Positions 26,152 to 32,000 of a DNA stretch of 32,000 nt are shown one piece after another. The number at the start of each line of letters is the position of its first letter. Position 1 is the first letter of the stretch. Source of the stretch: an uncultured Bacilli bacterium (GTDB lineage: Bacteria; Bacillota_I; Bacilli_A; RF39; UBA660); assembly GCA_934101225.1 (NCBI GenBank), contig CAKOQK010000005.1, positions 27,323 through 59,322 of the forward strand. Reading direction: 5' to 3'. Made by a program: the position numbers and the translations under genes. The notes beneath the pieces are model-generated. The model did no database searches and was not told the DNA's origin. It was given only the letters and a program-made list of their open reading frames with translations.

Positions 26152-28033
26152 ATTGACTTTACTTAGCGAAGGACAAATATGGGGAAATAATAGTGAATCT
26201 CAATTAGAAGTAATTAGCAAATATGGAACAAAAGCTGCAATTACAGATTTATGTATTTTAACTGGCAGTTGTTTATATAAAGATACTATAGATGAAGATA
26301 GATCTTTAACTGGTAGAACTAGTTGGTTTTGGACTAAATCTGATGATGATGATAATGATGTCTGCGTGGTCAATAAGTATGGTAATGGGACCAGCCTATG
26401 TAGGTATGAACGCAATGTTGCTGTTCGCCCCGTGTTGCAATCTTCTGTAATCTTTTCTCAAATCTCCCCGAACAAAGTGAGTGGATACAATGGAACAGAA
26501 GAGGTTGAATTCGGAGAATATCCTCAAAATGCTGCTGATTCAAGAATGCAAAATATATTAGAGTCAGAGTATAATAGAGGAATGAGTAAAACTGGAAGAA
26601 GTTACACATTTGATTCTGTAAAATATTATGACTATGATATAGGATTTAAACCTGCAACCTATGAAGAATACGAATATCAAGGAAAGGAATATATTCGTAT
26701 AAAAGCTAACTTTGATTTTATTGGCAATAAATTCATGCTTTCAAATGGCGCCTGTTATAGAAATGGTGATTATGTTTGGGTAGAAGTATCACCGGTTAAA
26801 TGGTTGATAGATGATAAAGCAGGAATTTTAATTTCAAAAAAAGGATTAGTTTCTGGTATAAGATTTCTTGATAGTAAAACTGATTATGAAGGTGATTTTA
26901 ATAGAACAGAAATGAAGGAATATCTTGATAAATATATGGTTAAAGATTTATTTCAATCAGTAGATTTTGAATATTTACAAGATATGGAATATTCAATAGA
27001 TAAAAGTGAAAATATCAAAAAAACTAATCCATATAATTTAAGTTTTAATAAAGTAAGTGAAGAAGATATAATAAAAGGAGCAATAGAAAGTGGAGTCGCT
27101 GTATTTTTACATGGTCCATCATCTGAAGGTAAATCAGCAAGAGTTAAACAAATAGATCCAACTTGTGAAATAATATATTTAAGAAATGCTACTCCAGATA
27201 GTTTGAATGGTAAAAGTGTTTATAATTCAGAAACAGGTGAAATGATAGATGTTCCACCAACTTGGCTAAAAAAATTACAAGCTAAATGTGACCAAGAGCC
27301 AAATAGACTTCATATATTATTTTTTGATGAAATAACAAATGCCTTACCAAGTATTCAAGGTATAGCGTTTAATATCGTACTAGATCGAGAAGTAAATGGA
27401 ATATGGAAATTACCTGATAATGCAAGAATAGTAGCCGCTGGAAATGATATGAAAGATTCCCTAGCAGCTAATCAATTAGCAGAGCCCTTATTTAATAGAT
27501 TCGCTCATGTATATATCAAAACAACTACTGAAAGTTGGTTAAAATGGGCAAGTGAAAATAACATCCATCCTGCCATTTATTCATATATAGCTTATAAAAA
27601 TGGTGAAACACTCCGAAGTAAGTATGATGGTGAGAAACCTAATGCTGATCCAAGAAAATGGGAAATGGCTTCTAAAATGCTTTATGCAACTGGAAGTCCA
27701 GAAATGTTAAGAGCATTAGTAGGTGAAGATATAACAAGAGAATTTATTGAATTTTGTAAACAAGAAGTAATAACATTAGAAGATGTAATAAATGAAAATT
27801 ATACAGATAAAGATGTTGAATCATTAAATACAGCCCAAAGATATGCAACAACTATGGGATTATCACAAGTAGATGAAGCCAATTTAGAAATAGTTAGAAA
27901 CTTTACATTAAAGTTAGGCTCCGAATATAAAGCTATATTCGATGCTTTATGGATACATGGCGATGAAAGTAAGTTAGAAAGACTTGCAGAAGCAAAACTT
28001 GCTGAAATACCTAGAGGAGGTATAAGAAGATAA
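26138..28033 (+). CDS. fusion protein A4: variable N-domain + MoxR/AAA_5-type AAA+ ATPase (631 aa)
   Basis: Second gene of module 2, with an A2-like tail (AEAKLAEIPRGGIRR). Confidence 0.88.
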   Translation: MMDYELTLLSEGQIWGNNSESQLEVISKYGTKAAITDLCILTGSCLYKDTIDEDRSLTGRTSWFWTKSDDDDNDVCVVNKYGNGTSLCRYERNVAVRPVLQSSVIFSQISPNKVSGYNGTEEVEFGEYPQNAADSRMQNILESEYNRGMSKTGRSYTFDSVKYYDYDIGFKPATYEEYEYQGKEYIRIKANFDFIGNKFMLSNGACYRNGDYVWVEVSPVKWLIDDKAGILISKKGLVSGIRFLDSKTDYEGDFNRTEMKEYLDKYMVKDLFQSVDFEYLQDMEYSIDKSENIKKTNPYNLSFNKVSEEDIIKGAIESGVAVFLHGPSSEGKSARVKQIDPTCEIIYLRNATPDSLNGKSVYNSETGEMIDVPPTWLKKLQAKCDQEPNRLHILFFDEITNALPSIQGIAFNIVLDREVNGIWKLPDNARIVAAGNDMKDSLAANQLAEPLFNRFAHVYIKTTTESWLKWASENNIHPAIYSYIAYKNGETLRSKYDGEKPNADPRKWEMASKMLYATGSPEMLRALVGEDITREFIEFCKQEVITLEDVINENYTDKDVESLNTAQRYATTMGLSQVDEANLEIVRNFTLKLGSEYKAIFDALWIHGDESKLERLAEAKLAEIPRGGIRR

Positions 28034-28425
28034 TGAAAAACAAGAAAGAAATATTATTATCATATATTAAAGCGAATGTTGCACCAATATTAGTTGATTT
28101 TATGTCTGGTAAAGATCTGCCGGATGCTACTATATTGTCATCTAATATAGATGCAAAAGAATTAAACGGTCATTATGAGGGAGAAAATTTTGTTCCGCCC
28201 AAATGGCTTAATGAAATACTTAATTCAAATACCTGTAAAATACTAGTGATTGATAAAATAGAAACAATTTCTAAAGAAGAACAAATGAAATTTATCGAAA
28301 TATTAAAATATCGAAAAGTATCTACCTTTGAATTACCAAACAACTGTATAATTATTGTTACTGCAAATGAAATTAGTAAAGATAAAATAAATGAAGAAAT
28401 ATTTTCATTAGTTGTACGAATTTGA
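28033..28425 (+). CDS. B2: 130-aa degenerate AAA-core paralog
   Basis: About 90 percent identical to B1, with the same TAATG overlap with the preceding gene. Confidence 0.75.
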   Translation: MKNKKEILLSYIKANVAPILVDFMSGKDLPDATILSSNIDAKELNGHYEGENFVPPKWLNEILNSNTCKILVIDKIETISKEEQMKFIEILKYRKVSTFELPNNCIIIVTANEISKDKINEEIFSLVVRI

Positions 28426-28435
28426 GGTGTAAGCT

Positions 28436-29889
28436 ATGAAATATGATATTGAATTATTAAAAAGAAAAATGCTTGTTAAATATCCGTTTTTCGGAAGCGT
28501 ACTAGCAAATGTATGTTATAAAGAAAACAAAGATATACCAACTGCAGGTACAGATGGGGAAACAATATATTATAATACGGAATTTTTAGAGAGATTGAGT
28601 GTTGAGGAACAAACTTTTATATTTGCCCATGAAGTGTGTCATATTGCTTTTAACCATATTTTAAGAAGTGAAGGTAAGAACCCTGAATTATGGAATATTG
28701 CTACTGATGGAGTTATTAACCAATTTTTAAAAAGAGATGGTTTAAAAATTCCACAAGGTGGTGTTGATATTGCAGAAGCTATTAATTATGATGCTGAACA
28801 ATTATATGAAAAATTATTACAAGAAAAACAACAAAGTGGACAAGGTAATCAGCAGCAAAATAGTGGTGGAAGTCAAGATGAAAATAATCAACAACAATCT
28901 CAATCACAACAGCAATGTAATTCAGGAAGTGGAAGTTTGAAAGAACAAGATAATCAATTACAAGAACATAGTTGTGGTGAATCTGGAAAATGTGTGCAAA
29001 AAGAAGATAAATCAAAACAAGATGTTGGACATGATACTCACAGTATGTGGGAACAAGCAGTAAAAAAACATAAAGAACAACAAGAAAAAACTAATAAAAA
29101 AGAGAGTTTATTAGATAAATTATTAGGAACAGATAAAGATAAAAAATCTAAAGAGAAAAATGAACTTGAAAAGAAACAGGAAGAGCTTGAAAATATGGGC
29201 GAAAAAATGCATTTAAGAAAAATCGAGATGTTAAGAAAAAACAGTTAGAAGAATTAAAAGAATCTATTTTAAAACAAGCTTCAGAAGCAGGTAACTCAAC
29301 GAATAGTGATATTAGAACAGTTAACGATATAAGTTATGCTAAGCCTTTAATTGATTGGAGATACATTTTAAAAGAAGCTATAAAATATGATGTTGATTGG
29401 TCTTATAAAAATGCTACTATTGAAAATGGAGTTGTTAGTGCAAATCTAGAAGAACAGCCTTTCCCTGAAACAGAAATTGTTTTGGATACAAGTGGATCAA
29501 TAAATGAAGTGCTTCTAAGAAATTTTTTAAGAGAATGCAAAAATATTTTAAAACATTCAAAACTAAAAGTTGGATGTTTTGATACTAAGTTTTATGGTTT
29601 TACTGAAATAAGAACTGAAGAAGATTTAGAGAATATGAAATTTTTAGGCGGCGGTGGCACCAATTTTGATGCTGCTGTAAATGCATTCTCAAGACGTGTT
29701 GAAAATAAAATAGTGTTTACCGATGGAGAAGCATCAATGCCTAAAATGACACTTGATGCAGTTTGGATCGTGTTTGGCAATAAAAAAATAAATCCTAAAG
29801 GTGGAAAAGTAATAAATATTACTCAAGAACAATTAGATAGATTATATTCTTTTGAAATAAATAATGTGTATAATAGAAAAACTAGATAA
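28436..29889 (+). pseudogene. C2: DUF2201-type metallopeptidase-like/VWA gene interrupted by a 1-nt deletion frameshift in a poly-A tract
   Basis: The 28436..29248 frame encodes the HExxH domain and linker. The VWA half (identical motifs to C1) continues in the neighbouring frame to 29889. C1 has GAAAAAAATGC (A7, 23518-23524) where C2 has GAAAAAATGC (A6, 29202-29207). Adding one A restores a ~484-aa protein. Confidence 0.7.
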
Positions 29890-29929
29890 ATTAGATTTAA
29901 TAAATGATTCAAAAAGAAGGTGAAAATAA

Positions 29930-31834
29930 ATGATGGATTATGAATTGACTTTACTTAGCGAAGGACAAATATGGGGAAATAATAGTGAACCTCAATTAGA
30001 AGTAATTAGCAAATATGGAACAAAAGCTGCAATTACTGATTTATGTATTTTAACAGGTGTTTATTTGTGTGAAGATACTATAGATGAAGATAGATCTTTA
30101 ACTGGTAGAACTAGTTGGTTTTGGACTAGATCTGATGATGGCCATAATGATGTTCTCGAGGTCGATGTGGATGGTGATAGTGCCAACATATACAGGTATA
30201 AACGCTATGATGCTGTTCGCCCAGCTTTGCAATCTTCTGTCATCTTTTCCAAAATTTCCCCGAACAGAGTGAGTGGATATAATGGAACGGAAGAGGTTGA
30301 ATTCGGAGAATATCCTCAAAATGCTGCTGATTCAATATTACAAAATATACTAGAGTCAGAATATAAAAGAGGAATGAGTAAAACTGGAAGAAGTTACACA
30401 TTTGATTCTGTAAAAGATTATGACGATAATACAGGATTTAAACCTGTAACTTATGAAGAATACGAATATCAAGGAAATAAATATATTCGTATAAAAGCTA
30501 ACTCTTCTAATTTTGGTTTCCATATATTCAAACTTTCAAATGGTGCCTGTTATAGAAATGGTGATTATGTTTGGGTTGAAGTATTACCAGTCAAATGGTT
30601 AATAGATGATGAAAATAAACAATTAATTTCCAAATATGGATTAGTTTCAGGTATAAGATTTCTTGATAGAAAAATTAATTATAAAGGTGATTTTGATAGA
30701 ACAGAAATGAAAGAATATCTTGATAAATATATGGTTAAAGATTTATTTCAATCAGTAGATTTTGAATATTTACAAGATATGGAATATTCAATAGATAAAA
30801 GTGAAAATATCAAAAAAACTAATCCATATAATTTAAGTTTTAATAAAGTAAGTGAAGAAGATATAATAAAAGGAGCAATAGAAAGTGGAGTCGCTGTATT
30901 TTTACATGGTCCATCATCTGAAGGAAAATCAGCAAGAGTTAAAGAAATAGATCCTACTTGTGAAATAATCTATTTAAGAAATGCTACTCCAGATAGTTTA
31001 AATGGTAAAAGTGTTTATAATTCAGAAACTGGTGAAATGATAGATGTTCCACCAACTTGGCTTAAAAAATTACAAGCTAAGTGTGAAAACGAACCAAATA
31101 GACTTCATATATTATTCTTTGATGAAATAACAAATGCCTTACCAAGTATTCAAGGAATTGCGTTTAATATCGTACTAGATCGAGAAGTAAATGGTATTTG
31201 GAAATTACCTGATAATGCTAGAATAGTAGCTGCAGGAAATGATATGAAAGATTCTCTAGCAGCAAACCAATTAGCAGAACCATTATTTAATAGATTCGCT
31301 CATGTATATATTAAAACAACAACTAGAAGCTGGCTAAAATGGGCAAGTGAACATGATATACATCCAGCCATATATTCATATATAGCTTATAAAAATGGTG
31401 AAACACTTCGAAGTAAGTATGATGGTGAAAAACCTAACGCTGATCCAAGAAAGTGGGAAATGGCTTCTAAAATGCTGTATGCTACAGGAAATCCTGAAAT
31501 GTTAAGGGCATTAATAGGTGAAGATATAACAAGAGAATTTATTGAGTTTTGTAAGCAAGAAGTAATAACATTAGAAGATGTAATAAATGAAAGTTATATA
31601 GATAAAGATATTAAATCATTAAATACAGCCCAAAGATATGCAACAACGATGGGATTATCACAAGTAGATGAAGCAAATTTAGAAATAGTTAGAAACTTTA
31701 CATTAAAGTTAGGCTCCGAATTTAAAGCTATATTCGATGCATTATGGACACATGGTGATGAATCAAGAATAGAAATAATCGCTGAATTAAATATAAATAA
31801 AAAAAAGAAGGTGAAAATAACTGATGGATTATGA
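29930..31834 (+). CDS. fusion protein A5: variable N-domain + MoxR/AAA_5-type AAA+ ATPase (634 aa)
   Basis: First gene of module 3, with an A1/A3-type tail and an A2/A4-type Walker A-proximal segment (mosaic). Confidence 0.88.
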   Translation: MMDYELTLLSEGQIWGNNSEPQLEVISKYGTKAAITDLCILTGVYLCEDTIDEDRSLTGRTSWFWTRSDDGHNDVLEVDVDGDSANIYRYKRYDAVRPALQSSVIFSKISPNRVSGYNGTEEVEFGEYPQNAADSILQNILESEYKRGMSKTGRSYTFDSVKDYDDNTGFKPVTYEEYEYQGNKYIRIKANSSNFGFHIFKLSNGACYRNGDYVWVEVLPVKWLIDDENKQLISKYGLVSGIRFLDRKINYKGDFDRTEMKEYLDKYMVKDLFQSVDFEYLQDMEYSIDKSENIKKTNPYNLSFNKVSEEDIIKGAIESGVAVFLHGPSSEGKSARVKEIDPTCEIIYLRNATPDSLNGKSVYNSETGEMIDVPPTWLKKLQAKCENEPNRLHILFFDEITNALPSIQGIAFNIVLDREVNGIWKLPDNARIVAAGNDMKDSLAANQLAEPLFNRFAHVYIKTTTRSWLKWASEHDIHPAIYSYIAYKNGETLRSKYDGEKPNADPRKWEMASKMLYATGNPEMLRALIGEDITREFIEFCKQEVITLEDVINESYIDKDIKSLNTAQRYATTMGLSQVDEANLEIVRNFTLKLGSEFKAIFDALWTHGDESRIEIIAELNINKKKKVKITDGL

Positions 31835-32000
31835 TTTAACTTTATTGTCTGAAGGACAAATTTGGGGAAACAGTAATGAATCTCAATTAGAAGTAATTAG
31901 AAAATATGGAACAAAAGCTGCAATTACAGATTTATGTGTTTTAACAGGTAGTTATTTATGTGCAGATACTGCTTATAATATAAAAGAAGATAGATCTTTA
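31824..32000 (+). CDS. fusion protein A6 (5' fragment, continues past the window end)
   Basis: ATG at 31824 followed by MDYDLTLLSEGQIWGNSNESQLEVIRKYGTKAAITDLCVLTG, in frame through position 32000. It overlaps the A5 stop. Confidence 0.75.
   Translation, partial: MDYDLTLLSEGQIWGNSNESQLEVIRKYGTKAAITDLCVLTGSYLCADTAYNIKEDRSL

Larger units (their letters stand above)
18619..32000 (+). repeat. tandem ~5.65-kb four-gene module (A-A-B-C) repeated about 2.4 times
   Basis: Module starts at 18619, 24247 and 29930. The 3' ~1 kb of every A gene, the B genes and the VWA part of the C genes are near-identical at the nucleotide level. Inter-module spacers (24207-24246, 29890-29929) are homologous and lack terminators. 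Confidence 0.9.

Noticed and set aside
18619-32000. Prophage or integrative element as the origin of the AAA+/VWA array
   Set aside because: No integrase, recombinase, capsid, terminase or att-like repeats are visible in the 13 kb available. However, MoxR-like ATPase plus DUF2201 VWA pairs do occur in phages, and the window ends inside the array, so this is unresolved rather than excluded.

Overview
AT-rich, low-GC window that uses the standard code: TGA ends several genes and conserved Trp residues are TGG. The RpoB/RpoC sequences and the YbxB-like methyltransferase upstream suggest a Bacillota or Mycoplasmatota-like (Erysipelotrichales/RF39-type) chromosome. All substantial genes lie on the + strand. 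The conserved core is rpoB (11082-14759, GTG start) and rpoC (14762-18484), with a near-consensus promoter and a clean terminator. Both flanks of rpoBC hold tandem paralog arrays. (1) Upstream, after a small housekeeping-like block (DUF218/YdcF-like, YbxB-like SAM methyltransferase, HAD-like phosphatase), sit three tandem ~730-aa paralogs of an unrecognisable protein (3888-10831). Their N-termini are conserved and their C-termini diverge. A ~572-nt 5' block looks identical in copies 2 and 3, and the flanking intergenic sequences are also repeated. (2) Downstream of rpoC, one promoter (18567-18595) appears to drive a ~5.65-kb four-gene module that repeats in tandem about 2.4 times up to the window edge. 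Each module has two ~630-aa proteins fusing a variable N-terminal domain (DUF6273-like WFWTRS...VRPAL / EFGEYPQ motifs) to a MoxR/AAA_5-type AAA+ ATPase. These are followed by a 130-aa AAA core with degenerate Walker A and B motifs, then a DUF2201-type protein (HExxH metallopeptidase-like N-domain, low-complexity linker, VWA domain with DxSxS MIDAS). The ATPase halves are nearly identical between copies. The N-domains carry short, locally GC-rich hypervariable patches and mosaic sharing of variants. One VWA gene is broken at an A6/A7 homopolymer. I consider this amplified, diversifying MoxR-VWA-peptidase array the best candidate for an undescribed (possibly conflict or defence) system. The 3435-3854 intergenic region also has the layout of a type I toxin-antitoxin locus: a 32-aa hydrophobic peptide on the - strand whose SD and start codon are sequestered in a hairpin, facing a convergent promoter-to-terminator small-RNA unit. 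RpoB naturally carries K and D at the rifampicin-resistance positions equivalent to E. coli Q513 and H526. All domain assignments come from motif recognition by eye; no searches were run.
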